Assembly: GCF_004010195.1 (NCBI RefSeq)
Contig: NC_057756.1
Span: forward strand, 1,234,424 to 1,275,510
DNA length: 41,087 bases
From: Chiloscyllium plagiosum
Lineage: Eukaryota
Reading direction: 5' to 3'
A program made the translations under genes and the position numbers. Shown in pieces: positions 1 to 12,335 of this stretch (its first letter is position 1; the number at the start of each line of letters is the position of its first letter). The notes under the pieces were generated by a model. It was not told where the DNA came from. It saw only the letters and a list, made by a program, of their open reading frames with translations, and made no database searches.

Positions 1-955
1 CAGTCTTCCACTACCTCACCTGTGACTATCAATGATACAAGTATATCTCAGCAAGGGACCCAACAATCACTTCCCTAGCTTCCCACAAAGTTGTAGGGTA
101 CACTTGATCAGGTCCTGGGGATTTATCCACATGTGTTTTAAGACATCCAACACTTCCCCCTTTGCAATACGGACATTTTTCAAGACATCACCATCTATTT
201 CCCCACATTCCATACCATCCAAGTCCTTCTCCACAGTAAACACTGATGTAAAATACTCATTTCTGCCCCATCTCCTGCGGTTCCACACATAGGCTGCCTT
301 GCTGATCTTTGAGGTGCCCTATTCTGTCCCTAGTTACCCTTTTGCTCTTATTGCATTTATAAAATCCCTTTGGATTTTCCTTAATCCCATTTGCCAAAGC
401 TATCTCATGTCCCCTTTTTGCCCTCCAGATTTCCCCCTTAAATATACTTCGACTGCCTTTATACGCTAACAATTCCCTCGATCTCTGCCTTCTATACCTG
501 ACATGCTTCCTTATTTTTCTTAAACAAAACGTCAATTTGTCTAGTCATCCAGCATTTCCTACACCTACCAGTCTTGCCTTTCACCCAAACAGGAACATAC
601 TGTCTCTAGGCTCTTGTTATCTCATTTTTGAAGGCTTCCCATTTTCCAGCCATTGCTTTACCTGCTAACATCTATTCCCAGTCAACTTTTGAATGTTCTT
701 GCCTAATACCATCAAAATTGGCCTTCCTCAAAAGTTCCACTTGTAGATCTGGTCTATCATTTTCCATCACTACTTCAAAACTAATAAAATTATGGATGCT
801 GGCCCCAAAGTGCACCTCCACTGATATCTCGGTCACCTACCTGGCCTTATTTCCCAAGGATAGGTCAAGTTTTGCAGCTTCTCTCATAGGTATATCCACA
901 TATGTTTTCTTGTACACACAAATTCCTCTCCACCTAAACCCTTAACACTATGGCA
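1..955 (-). mobile_element. CR1/HER1-like LINE ORF2 fragment (decayed)
   Basis: Minus ORFs give EIALANGIKENPKGFYK..KSKRVTRDRIGHLKDQQGSLCVEPQEMG and NEYFTSVFTVEKD, the CR1 region between endonuclease and RT. Confidence 0.85.
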
Positions 956-1291
956 ATAACTTCTTAATTCCAGAAATTCGGGTTTCAAATTCATGGCAGG
1001 ATTCAAACTCAAGTCTCCAGAACACTAGTGGAGTTACTGGATTAATAGTCTAGTGATAATACTATGAGGCCTTCAACTCGGCAGTAACATAATATCATTC
1101 ATTTGAAGAATAAGTTTGAGGCTTTCTACATCTACCATTCTTACAGGTAGTCAGTTCCAGATGCCCATCACACTCTGGGTGAAAAGATTTCTCTCGCATC
1201 TGCTCCAAACCTTCTGTCCCCTCCCTTAAATGTACGGCCCTGGTCAATAATCCAGTGACCAAAGGGGAAAAGTTCCTTCCTGTCTACCTAT

Positions 1292-1586
1292 CACAGAATC
1301 ATCGATTCCCTTCATTGTGGAAACAGACCTTTTGACCCAACATGTCCACACCGACCCTCTGAACAGTAGCCCAACCAGACCCATTCCCCTGACTAATGCA
1401 CCTAACCTACACATCACTAAACATTATGGGCATTTAGCATAGCCAATTCACCTAACCGGAACATCTTATGGGACGAAACCGAAGCATGTGGAGAAACCCG
1501 TGCAGACAGTTGCCCGGGGCTGCAATTGAACACAGGTGCCTGGCACTGTGAGGCAGCAGTGCTAACCACTGGGCAACTGTGCCACC
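1292..1586 (-). mobile_element. HE1-like tRNA-derived SINE, inserted in a LINE 3' fragment
   Basis: Minus strand GGTGGCACAG..TGGTTAGCACTGCTGCCTCACAG head, GGTGAATTGGCTATGCTAAA core, LINE-like TGTTTCCACA tail. Confidence 0.85.
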
Positions 1587-1762
1587 AAATCTATGTCTGT
1601 ACCCATCTTTGCTTCTCGTAAATGTATACATCTCAATCACATCCCCTTTTCAATCGGCTAGAAAGAAAATTAACCCCAGTCTGACTAATCTCTCTTCAAA
1701 ACACTGAGTGGAACTTTTGCTCCATGCCTCAGGTGGCATTAATGTATCTAATAATACACATG

Positions 1763-2117
1763 TTAACCAAGATTTGGAGATGCCAGTGTTGGACTGGGGT
1801 GTACAAAGTTCAACATCACACAACACCAGGTTATAGTCCAACAGGTTTAGTTAGAAGCACACCAGCTTTCGGAGCGACGCTCCTTCATCAGGTGATAGTG
1901 GAGGGCTCAATCGTAACACAGAATTTATAGCAAAAATTGACAGTGTGATGTAACTGAAATTATACATTGAAAAACTGATTGTCTGTTAAGCCTTCCATCT
2001 GTTAGAATACAGTGATAGTTTCACTTCTTTCATGTGTAAATCACAAAACATTTTTTTAGTGTGCTTCCAATTAAACCTGTTGGACTATAACCTGGTGTTG
2101 TGTGATTTTTAACCAAG
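1763..2117. mobile_element. Penelope-derived inverted-repeat element (type ACACCAGGTTATAGTCCAACAGG)
   Basis: CACACAACACCAGGTTATAGTCCAACAGGTTTA is inverted against TAAACCTGTTGGACTATAACCTGGTGTTGTGTG; flanking TTAACCAAG direct repeat (1763-1771, 2109-2117); hammerhead-like motif on minus at 1861-1893. Confidence 0.7.
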
Positions 2118-2230
2118 GATTGGAAGAGGGGGGGGATAAATCCAGAATAATCTACATAAACTGATCATATTCAAGAGGTATGACATACTTGCTGTCAGTC
2201 AGTACTTGGGAAAAAGACTGGTATGTGGAC

Positions 2231-2495
2231 AGCTGAATTGGACATAAAAATGAAAGTTGCTGGAAAAACTCAGCAGGTCTGGCAGTATCTGTGAAGAGAA
2301 ATCAAAGTTAATGTTTTGGGTCCAATGACCTTTCCTCAGAACTGAAATCTGAGGAAGGGCCACCGGACTTGAAATGTTAACTTTGATTTCTCTTCACAGA
2401 TACCGCCAGACCTGCTGAGCCTTTCCATCAACTTCCGTTTTTGTTTTGAGTGACAGCATGTGCAGTTCTTTCAAATTTTATTTAGCTGGATTGGA
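2231..2495. mobile_element. Penelope-derived palindromic mini-element
   Basis: Long imperfect hairpin CTCAGCAGGTCTGGCAGTATCTGTGAAGAGAAATCAAAG / CTTTGATTTCTCTTCACAGATACCGCCAGACCTGCTGAG; direct repeats AGCTGAATTGGA / AGCTGGATTGGA. Confidence 0.75.
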
Positions 2496-2569
2496 TAGCC
2501 TGGCACCTTGGCATGTGAGGATATCCAAAAGGAAATGATGGAGAAGTTTAATGTATTTACAGTGGTTAA

Positions 2570-3175
2570 AAAAGTAAAGGTCTGCGTTCATTGGAGAAGA
2601 CATCGGATATAAGGATGGGCAAGTTACGCTGCAGTTTTGCAGAATTTTGTTTAGGCCATACTTGGAAAATTGCGCACAGTTCTGGTTACCACACTACCAG
2701 GAGGATGTGAATGCTTTGGAGAGGGCACAGAAAGATTTACCAGGATGTTGCCTGGTATGGGGTGATCTTAGCTATGAAGGAAGTTTGGGTTCATTTTCAC
2801 TGGAATGCAGGAGGTGGAGGGGTTACCTGATAAAAGCTTATAAATACTGAATGGCAAGGATAGAGTGGAAAGTATGAGGCTTCTTCCCAAGGTGGAGGGG
2901 TAAATTACTAGGGGACACAGGTTCAAGGTGTGGGGTGGGATTTAAAAAAAAGAGATATGTGAGGGCAAGTTTTCCCATAGGACGGTGGCGAGTGCCTGGA
3001 ACATGCTGCCAGAGGTGGCGGTGGGACCAGCCACAACAGCAGCATTCAAGTAGCACGTGGATGAATACATGAATAGGAAGGGAATAGAGGGATCCTGTAA
3101 GTGAAGACATTTTTCGTATGGAAGAGCAAAAATGTATGGGCATAGGCTTGGAGGGCCCAAGGGCCTGTTTCTGTG
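2570..3175 (+). mobile_element. CR1-like LINE 3' end
   Basis: RPYLENCAQFWLPHYQEDVNALERAQ C-terminal motif; GGGCCCAAGGGCCTGTTTCTGTG tail. Confidence 0.85.
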
Positions 3176-3204
3176 CGAATTCGAACAATTCTTTGCTCGA
3201 ATTT

Positions 3205-3780
3205 GCCATGTCCAGCAAAAAAAGTAAGTCAAACCTACATGAATAAAATGGCTTGAAATCTCCTTGATAATTGGCCTGTCACAAGAACATATGACTGCCC
3301 TGCAGAAACATTTAAGGAGTTATCTGCGAGAAAGCTACATCTTCAAAACTGACAGTTAAAGGCTAAATGTGACAAGGAGCAAGTCTGATCGGGCAGCAAG
3401 CTGCAAACTTGCAATATTTTGGACAAAAGACTCTAAAAGAATCATCGATAATATCACATCGTATACCTGAAGCACAAAAGTCTGTAAAACTCCAAACACT
3501 AGAACCCTTAATTAGCAGAACTTGGACAGCACTGCACGTGGCTCAAATCTTGGACGCTTCCAGAGAAAGACATAGTTAGTTGAAATTGTAGCTAAATTCC
3601 ATTATTGATTAGATAATAGCCAAGTTAAGTTGTGAGGCTGAACTTGCTTACTTGAGGGGTCTTAGTTTGGTTGCTACATGCAATAAAGTTTAAATCATTG
3701 TTTCAATATTTGATTAACTGAGATTTCTTAATCAGTATCCAAATTAAAAAAAAGGTAACTAGTGTAATTTATCCACAGCA
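3205..3780 (+). mobile_element. Possible solo LTR-like segment
   Basis: Non-coding, about 580 bp between LINE pieces, with AATAAA near the 3' end; no terminal signature proven. Confidence 0.3.
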
Positions 3781-3911
3781 GAACATATTCAATAACTGAG
3801 CTTCCACATCCCTCTAGAGTAGGGAATTTCAAAGATTCACCACCCTCTAAACAAAGAAATTCTTCCACATCCAAAGTGGACTACCTCTTATTCTGAGGAT
3901 GTGCTCCCGGT

Positions 3912-4170
3912 TCCAGACTTGCTCAGAATCTAGAGAGTGTTGCTAGGAAAGCACAGCAGGTCAGGCATCATCCGAGGAGGAGGAGAATCACCGTTTCAGG
4001 CATAAGCCCTTCATCAGAAATGGTGAAGGGCTGATGAAGAGCTCATGCCCGAAATGTCGATTCTCCTGCTCCTCGGATGCTGCCTGGCCTGCTGTGTTTT
4101 CCCAACAACACACTCTCGATTCTAATCTCCAGCATCTGCAGTCCTCACTTTCTCCTCCAGACTTCCTCAG
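3912..4170. mobile_element. Penelope-derived palindromic mini-element
   Basis: Inverted arms GCACAGCAGGTCAGGCATCATCCGAGGAG / CTCCTCGGATGCTGCCTGGCCTGCTGTG; 15-bp direct repeats TCCAGACTTGCTCAG / TCCAGACTTCCTCAG. Confidence 0.8.
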
Positions 4171-4868
4171 CCTGAAGAAACATCCATCCATTGAGAGTTT
4201 ACAAAATTCAGCTCACCTCTCATTCTTGTAAACTGTGGAACATAAAGCCTCCATTTCTTTGAGCACTCCTAAAAGTACTGTCCCAATTTCCACTACACTC
4301 CTTGTGTGGGAGGTTTGTCTTTCCTCAGGCAAGGGGAATAGAAACTTCAGACAATACTCCAGCAGTAGTCTTAGTGTCCCTTACAACTGAAGCAAGGCTT
4401 CTTTGCTCTGGTACTCAAATGCTCTTGTCATAAAATGCAAAGTATTAGGTAAGTGAACCAAATAAATGCATAAAATAAGAGGGAGGAACTGAATGACCAA
4501 CAAGTGCAAACTCACATTTAAAAGATGATAGCTAATGTAGAAACAAGGCCGCTCATAGTCAGAACATGCAAAACAACATCCACTCAGTTACAAGTTTTCA
4601 AAGGAAGCTGTGCGAATTTGGTTGACAAGGACAAGAGGCTAAAAACAATAAAAGATGAAAATTAAACTTGGACAATGAAAAAGCAGTAAGCAGAGAGTGG
4701 GGACTTTTGGGGGTAATATTAAGGAATAATCATGGAGCAGAGTATAAAATGGGAGACAGGACAAGCATGCTGCAATAGCATAATGGTATTATTGGTTGGA
4801 TTTCCCTTTCAGATAGGTGGAGACAAGCAGGCCAGCAGAAGTCAGAAAGGTCACAAATTCAGAGTTTG

Positions 4869-5080
4869 CCTAGAACTTTCGTTGAAAATGTGTTGCTGGA
4901 AAAGCACAGCAGGTCAGGCAGCATCCAAGGAACAGGAGAACAGGAAGAAGGGCTTATGCCCGAAACGTCGATTCTCCTGCTCCTTGGATGCTGCCTGACC
5001 TGCTGCGCTTTTCCAGCAACACATTTTCAGCTCTGATCTCCAGCATCTGCAGTCCTCACTTTCTCCTAGAACGTTCGTTG
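4869..5080. mobile_element. Penelope-derived palindromic mini-element
   Basis: Near-perfect arms GAAAATGTGTTGCTGGAAAAGC / GCTTTTCCAGCAACACATTTTC; 16-bp direct repeats CCTAGAACTTTCGTTG / CCTAGAACGTTCGTTG. Confidence 0.85.
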
Positions 5081-5420
5081 GCAGTATGCCTTGCAGTCAA
5101 AGATAGGACTCGCTCAATTTAATAACAAGGAAGAAAACAGTTGCACAATTGATTGATCGATGGCCACAGCTTTAAAGGAAGTCATTAACGACATTACAGA
5201 CATGCTTTCTATGATGTTAGAAATTTCACTCTCTTTGGGAACCCTTCAATTAGATTGGAACATGATGCATATTTTGAAGCAAAATGAGAAAGAGCAACCA
5301 GGGAATTCAGTAACGGTAGTGTTACAAAATCGAAATATGTATGGTCACGACGATAGAAAGTGCTTTTCTGAATTTAAAATACAGCCACAGTTGCGAGCTA
5401 AAGGTCAGGCTGTTCCAGAT

Positions 5421-6130
5421 GTAACAATTGGCTGTTGAATGGATCTCTGAGATTTGGTGGTTTTGACAACAATTTGAATTTAACCAGTTAGTTTAAATTA
5501 TGCCCAGGATACCAAAAGCCATTGTAATTTAAATTTTATTGTTTTGACACCTGGAAACCAATCAAATTATAAAAACTTAATGTGTCATGGGTGTATAGAA
5601 AAACAGTATTTTGAAAATTAAGGGACAGCAACTACCATTGAAAAGTGAGCAACTGCTGTAGAGCTGGACAGCTAACTGCCCATCTAACATCTTGTCCTCA
5701 AAGAAATTAGAGGACAATCTAACAAAAAGGTACCTTTTCACATGAAACATTCTCACAGTAAAAAAGAAGACGATGACCCAGGGAGATTAGCAGCTGGAAG
5801 GGTCAAAACACCAAAGACACCAGGCACTGTCATCTTGAGATTAAGTCAATGTAATGTTTACTAAGTGTGTTATTGGAACAGCATATTATTTGTATCGAGT
5901 TGGGGTCAGATAGTAAGTAGTAAGAAAAAGAGGGGTCTTGGATTTGCGAATAGTTTTTGTTTGATGTTCACTATTAGAGTTAGAAAAAGTAAATTGTTAT
6001 TTTTTTTAAATTATGGAATTTAGGAGCTCTCTGTCACTCACTTACATTTTAAACCAATTACGAGGCAAGGTGAGCTTTGCTGGGTGTTTGGTTTTAAATA
6101 ACAGATGAGTTCGACCTCTGCGTTGTAATA
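5421..6130 (+). mobile_element. Probable solo LTR inserted in the old LINE
   Basis: About 710-bp non-coding block starting TGTAACAA and ending TGTAATA, interrupting LINE-like sequence; no TSD verified. Confidence 0.45.
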
Positions 6131-7029
6131 GAAGGTGTCATGAATCTTTCTGCTGATCTAAGAGCTCGCGCTGATTTGTAAAGGGTCTGAGGCCTGACAA
6201 AACCTTTTTTTGAGGGGGGTGGCTAAAATGGTGGACGGCAAAATATCTGTGGAAGTTCTCAATATGGATTTTGAAAAGGCACTTGATGAAATCCCTCGCA
6301 TGAGTCTGTTAACAAATGCAGTACCCACCAGACTGAGGGAAAATCATTGACCTGCTTAGGGAACTGGTTTGACTAGCAGGAGACAGTTGGTATGAAAAAT
6401 GGACAGGGACTCAAATTGGCAGAAAAGACAGACACCACAAACATCACTGTTGGACCTCAGATATTCACTCTATTTCCTAACAACCAAGTTGATGGGCCAG
6501 GAGTCCACATAGATAAGCTTGCCTATACCTCAAGATGGGAGGCTTTGTAAGTACTATCAATGGAAACAGAACATTATAAGAAGATGTTGGCACATCAGGT
6601 AAGTTGGCAAAGTTGTGGAGCAAAGTGATTTCTGTGTAGGCAAATCACTTTGACCATCAAAAGAACAGAAGAAGACGGTTTCTTCGCCTGACAGGAACTG
6701 AGTCAATCACGAAGGTGGCACGAGGAGGACCCGAGTTGTTGGCGGGACACTAACAGCCAAGAACCAAATTCCGGTAGCATCTTAATTAGATGCTCCCCTT
6801 ACACCTACCCCTAGTGCTGAAGAATGGTTACACCCAAAATGTTGGCTTGCTGTGTTCTTCCAGCCTCCTGCTTGTTAACCAAGTGAATCCAGTTTCAGGT
6901 GACTTTGAACTAGGCGGCAATAAGGTGAGGTCTCAATCAATGCTGTCTTGCCTGCAATGGAGCGTTACTTTGTTGCAGTAGACTGTAAATAGATTTTGGT
7001 GAAACAGGGAGTCTTTCAATAAATATGTA

Positions 7030-9030
7030 TCATAAAATATGTAAGACATTGCACAGGCCACACTGGTTGCCACATCACGGGAAAGATGTGGAGAGGGTGC
7101 ATAAGTGGTTTACCAGGATGCTGCCCCGATTAGAGGATATGAGCTATTAGATTCATAGTAGTAGAAGCAGGAGTAGGCCATTTGGCCCGCCGAGCCTACT
7201 CCGCCACTCGTTAAGACCACGACTGATCTAGCCATCTTGTATGTTTTTTCCACAGCCACCACTTCGTCTGGAAGTTCATTCCACATACAAACCACACTAG
7301 TGTCCCTCGTGTCTTTTAAATCTCTCTCCTCATTTTGAAAACATGCCCACTATTCTTCAAATCCTCAACCTGAAGGAAAAGCACATGTCGCTCACCTCAT
7401 CTATACCCCTTTATGGTTTTATAAACCTCTATAAAAGGTCACCCCTCAATGTCCGACACTCCAATTAAAGAAATCCCAGCTTCTCCTGTTAACTCGAACC
7501 CTCCATTCCCAGCAAAATCCTGATTTTTTTTTTTCTGAACCCTCTCCAGCTTAATAATAACCCTCCAATAACTGGGCAACCAGAACCGCACACGGTACTC
7601 CAGACAAAGCTTCTCCAACTTCCTGTACAATCTTAACATGATGTTCCAAATCTCACTCAAAAAGGTTAGAACAATGAAGGCAAGTGCACTAAACACCTTC
7701 TAAACCATCCTGTCTAAATCTGATACAAAATTCAAAGAATTATGTACTTGAACCCTTAGGTAACTCTGTTCTACCACACTACCCAAGATCCTACTTTTAA
7801 CTAAATAAGTCCTGCCCTTGTTTGTTTTACCAAAATGCAATACTTCACATTCATCCAAATTAAACTCCATCTGCCGTTCTTCAGCCCATTGACCCAACTG
7901 ATCAAGAGCTCTTTGCACATTTGGAGTTGTGTGCAGTTTTGGGTCCCATATCTCAGGAAGGATGTACTGGCCCTGGAGCGTGTTCAGAAGACATTCAGAA
8001 GAATGGTCCTGGAGGTATCCAATTGAAACATACAGAATATTGAATGGCCTGGACAGAGTGGATGTTGAAAAGATGTTTCCATTAGTAGGAGAAACTAGAA
8101 TCTGAGGGCATAGCCTTAGAGGAAAGGGAAGACCTTTTAGAATGAAAATAAGGAAAACCTTCAGCCAGAGAGTGGTGAATCTGTGGAATTCATTGCCACA
8201 GAAGGCTGTAGAGGCCAGATCATTGAGTATATTTGAGGCAGAGAGATAGGTTTTTGACTATCAAGGATAATGGGGAGAAAGCAGGAGAATGGAGGTGACA
8301 AACTGATCAGCCGTGGTTGAATGGCAGAGCAGACTCAATACCTTAATGGTCTAATTTCTGCTCCTATGTCTTATGGTCTTAGATATCCTTCTTCACGGTC
8401 GACTTGGCCTGCATCGTGATCCAGGAACTGTGGGAAATTATCTTTCAATGCATTTAATTGGGGTCTTCAACACGTCCAACAATCCGAACCTAAACTGATG
8501 TATTCTGGAGAACTTAGCCAAAATTTATCTAACTGTTTCACATCCTCTCAACACCAGCATCATTCTTACACGTCTATTCTTCACCTTTTCATACAACTAA
8601 TATAATCTTTGAATGAGGTGCACTGGTTACAATCAGAGATCTACAGCACAGAAAAAAGCTTTTCAGCCCAACGTGCCTGTTCCATTTACTGATCCCTCCA
8701 CCATGGGAAAGGGTTCTTCCCATCTACTACTCCATCTATGCCTTTCATAATTTTACACATCTCAGGCATATCCGCCTCTGTCTCCTCTGCTCCAATTAAA
8801 ACAATCTCTCTTCATAAATGAAACCCTCCAGCTCAGGCAGCATCCTAGTAAATCTCATCATTATCTTCTCCAGTGCAACCACGTTCCTCCTATAATGTGG
8901 ATTCCAGAATTACATGTAATACTCTAGCTGTGGCCTATCCAACCTTTTGTGCAGTTTCAGAATCGACTCCCTGCTCTTAAACTCCAAGCCTCAGCTAATA
9001 AAAGGCGAGTACCAAATGTCTTCATAACCA
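7030..9030. mobile_element. Cluster of CR1-like LINE 3' fragments in both orientations (minus about 7240-7915 and 8700-9030; plus about 7916-8380)
   Basis: MQRALDQLGQWAEERQMEFNLDECEVLHFG (minus); CVQFWVPYLRKDVLALERVQ (plus); TCTTATGGTCTTA tail at about 8370. Confidence 0.85.
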
Positions 9031-9090
9031 CTTGAAGTAAATGATGCACTAACTTAAGGTTTGTTTAGAGGTAATGAGTTTGGACAGTAT

Positions 9091-9402
9091 TCATAAAATC
9101 CCTAGTGTGGAAACAGGCCATTTGGCCCAACAATTGCACACTGACCCTCTGATAACCCATCCATCCCATTCCCTTACCCTATTACTCTTCATTTACCCCT
9201 GACTAAACCCAGACATCCCTGAACACAATGGGCAATTTAGCATGGCCAATTCACCTAACCTGCACATCACTGGATTGAGGGGGAAAACTGGAGCACCTAG
9301 AGACATGGGGAAAATGTGAAAACGCTACACAGACAGTGGCCAGAGGCTGGAATTGAATCCGGGTCCCCGACGCTGTGAGACAGTTGTTTGCGGCCCACCG
9401 TC
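9091..9402 (-). mobile_element. HE1-like SINE
   Basis: Same head, core and tail as the copy at 36972-37271. Confidence 0.85.
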
Positions 9403-9591
9403 AAGACTTTGTGCAACAAAATGTTGCACTACTACTATACTTTTAACAGATCATTCATTTTATTGTTGCTTGCAGGAACTGGCTCTGCACAGGTTTGCTA
9501 TTATTTTTTGCCTCCAGGTCAAGTGAAAAATAATTCACAAGCTGAAAGGCACTTTGGAAATGCTATGTCATGAATGAGGAATGCAAGCTAC

Positions 9592-9730
9592 TCACTGTTG
9601 TGGTTCTGTTCGCCGAGCTGGAAATTTTTGTTGCAAACGTTTTGTCCCCTGTCTAGGTGACATCCTCAGTGCTTGGGAGCCTCTGTGAAGCGCTTCTGTG
9701 ATGTTTCCTCCGGCATTTATAGTGGCCATT
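9592..9730 (-). mobile_element. Penelope-like terminal fragment
   Basis: Minus CTGAGGATGTCACCTAGACAGGGGACAAAACGTTTGC hammerhead-like motif followed by CAGCTCGGCGAACAGAACCACAAC. Confidence 0.55.
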
Positions 9731-9844
9731 TTTGCAAGTGGGCTTGACTGAAGGAGTACCATAGTCTTGCTGCAATTGTATAGAGCTTTAGTGAGACTGC
9801 AGCTCGAGGATAGTTTATGATTTTTGTCTCCTTGTCAAGATATC

Positions 9845-10018
9845 CTGGACAATCCAAAGATATGCAGGTTAGGTGAATTGGCCATGATAATTTGCCTATA
9901 GTGTTCAGGGATGTGCACGCTAGGTGCATTAGTCAGGGGTAAATGTAAAGTAATAGGGTCTGGGTGGGTCAGTGTGCACTTGCTGGCAATGAAGGGCCTG
10001 TTTCCAAACTGTATGATC
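9845..10018 (+). mobile_element. HE1-like SINE, 5'-truncated
   Basis: CCAAAGATATGCAGGTTAGGTGAATTGGCCATG core to GGGCCTGTTTCC tail. Confidence 0.85.
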
Positions 10019-10019
10019 T

Positions 10020-10845
10020 GGAGAGAATGAAGAAATCCTCAAAAGACTGATCTCTGTGCTGGAAGGATTGCCTACTGAGGATAGGTTGAGATGGCTGGCC
10101 CTGTATTCTCTGGAGTTCCAAAAATTGAGAGATGGTCTTGTTGAGGCATTCAAATTTCTTACAGACCTGATTAGTGCAGATGCAGCAAAGTTGTTGCCCT
10201 GGCTGTAGCTCAGGTGAGTGGTGGGAGAGAATCTCAAAAAAAGAGTCCCAGTCCCAGAAATAAGAGGCAGACCATTTAGGAAGAGGGAAGATGGACTTGA
10301 TTTACTCAAGACAATTGCTGCCCAAGGCGAAAAAACAAGAAACCCAATTATTATCAAAAAAAAAAGTTGCTCTTCTGACTGGGTGCAGTTTAATTTCAGC
10401 TTTAAGACAGGAATTTACAGATAATCAGCCAAAGCTGGTTAATTTATCAACCAGTTTAATACAGTTATAGAGTCATGCAGATGGAACCAGACCTTTCGCT
10501 CGAACCAGTCTATACCAACCAGAATCACTAACTAAACTGGTTCCACCTTCCTGCATTTGACCCATAATCGCTCCAAACATTTCATATCCTTGTACTTATC
10601 GAACTGCTTTTTAAACGTTGTAACTGTAGCCATTTCCACCACTTTCTCTGGAAGTTCATTCCACTGTAAAATAAGTGGTCTCTGAACGTCTTTTTAAAAT
10701 ATTTCTCCTTGCACCTTAAAACTATGCCCCCCAGTCTTGAAATAACCTAACCCGAGGGAAAAGACACCTGCCATTCACCTCATTCATACCTCTCCTGACT
10801 TTATAAGCCTGTAATAAAGTCACCCCTCAACATCCTCCAGGGAAA
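10020..10845. mobile_element. CR1-like LINE 3' fragments (plus about 10020-10290; minus about 10465-10845)
   Basis: RLRWLALYSLEF..LRDGL.EAFK-like remnant; minus 3' tail beginning TAGAGTCATGCAGATGGAACCAGACC. Confidence 0.7.
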
Positions 10846-11591
10846 AACTAGGGAAAAAGACCCGAGTTTCAGAAACCTTTGAATTCGGGACCATAAAGTG
10901 AAACCTTCTGTAGTGCTGCCTTGTGGCAGTAGAATGTAAGTGCAGATAGGTGAGACAGGAAATGATCAGTCTCTCCTTTTTCCTCAGTGGTGAGTACTTC
11001 TACACTCTGATATAAAATAAGGTCTTGGAGAATTTGAGGCATGAAGGAGAATATGATACTACGACTTGAAAGAGATGCGTTCTGTACTGCTTCTCTTGTA
11101 GAGGGGTGCTGTCACAGTAATACCCAAACATCTCCTTCAAACAAGCAGTTGGTAAACAGCTTTGAGTTCTTCCTGGTTGTGTTTTTCTGAGGTAGGACAA
11201 AAAGAAGGTCATGAGCAGGTGGGATCAGTCTCACATAGACCCAAAAGAACTTTGATTTTGCTTTGAGTAAGTTGGAAGCTTTTGCTGGCTGCTGGAGAAA
11301 GGTTTTCAATTCTCTGCTACTTCCTCTTGAAAAAAAAATCAAAAAGGGCATATTATTTTTGAGGTTTTTTTTCTCCTGGATGGGAGAGAAATCATATGTG
11401 AGACTAATAACAGTGTTGCTGAATTGCCTTTGCCAAGAGTGTGTATATGGGATGCTGCCAATGTTGATGATTAGTGGTTTAATAATACATTATCTTGTTA
11501 AAGTATGCCAATTCTGTTTGTTTTAACTATTATACAACATAGAACATTACAGAACAGTACAGGCCCTTCGGCCCTCGATGTTGCGCCGACC

Positions 11592-12335
11592 TATGGTGAG
11601 AATGTATATAGGGTATATAGGGTATAAGCGGGCACAGCAAGAGTTAAGTTTTGAATTTTGTGAAACCAGAGGTTCAGCTGAGCATGACTCAAATCAGGTA
11701 AGAACTCAGTTAACAATGGGGTGCTGGAGGCAAGGGTAATGGGTTAACAAGGTGGAAAAGCAGTCATTATGTAGAGCCATTTAACAAGATGAGGTAGCAT
11801 TCAGTATGTGAGGTCAGTTTAACAAGGTGAAAAGTATTCATTGTGTGAAGCCAGTTATTCATTGTGTAATAGCAGATGGCTTCATCTTTACTATTGACAG
11901 TCGCTGATTGTAATGGTCACCCAACCAATATGCATGTTGCCTTATCTGGATACTCCTTCCTGTAAAAATAACTATATTTCATTGGGAAACTTCTGTTCCA
12001 GAGAAGGACGTGAACCCATGTCTCTGTGCACGTGGACGATTGTTCTCTCTCCCTCCAGGGCCCAGAATAAAGATGAAGGAGGTAAAACTACACTGTGTCT
12101 CTAAGTGTTTAGCTTCGACTGGGGGGGGGGGGGGGGGGAGAAGAGGGGGCAGGAAACGGGATGACAATGCAATGAATCTGTAGCCCATCTATCCTGCACT
12201 ATTTCTACAGCATGAAAATCAAATAAAATCTGTTTTGATGAAAGCTTAGTAGTGGACCAATCAAATCACAGTTGGAATACAGCGCCTTACGCTTAGCTTT
12301 CTAAAAATGTTAGAGTCTAGGCCATCTCCATAACA
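11592..12335 (+). mobile_element. LTR-like repeat, copy 1
   Basis: Starts TATGGTGAG and ends CTCCATAACA (imperfect terminal inverted repeat, CA end); internal TTAACAAGGTG repeats and AATAAA; second copy at 18362-18849. Confidence 0.6.

Larger units (their letters stand above)
4440..6660 (+). mobile_element. Old, heavily decayed CR1-like LINE interrupted by younger inserts
   Basis: Residual motifs LKEV...SLSLGTLQLDW...KEQPGN (5160-5320) and ATGGATTTTGAAAAGGCACTTGATGAA (MDFxKAFD-like, about 6263-6290). Confidence 0.55.

Noticed and set aside
7240..8380. Twin-priming inversion of a single LINE
   Set aside because: The two opposed pieces cover overlapping 3' regions and differ in sequence, so they are independent insertions.
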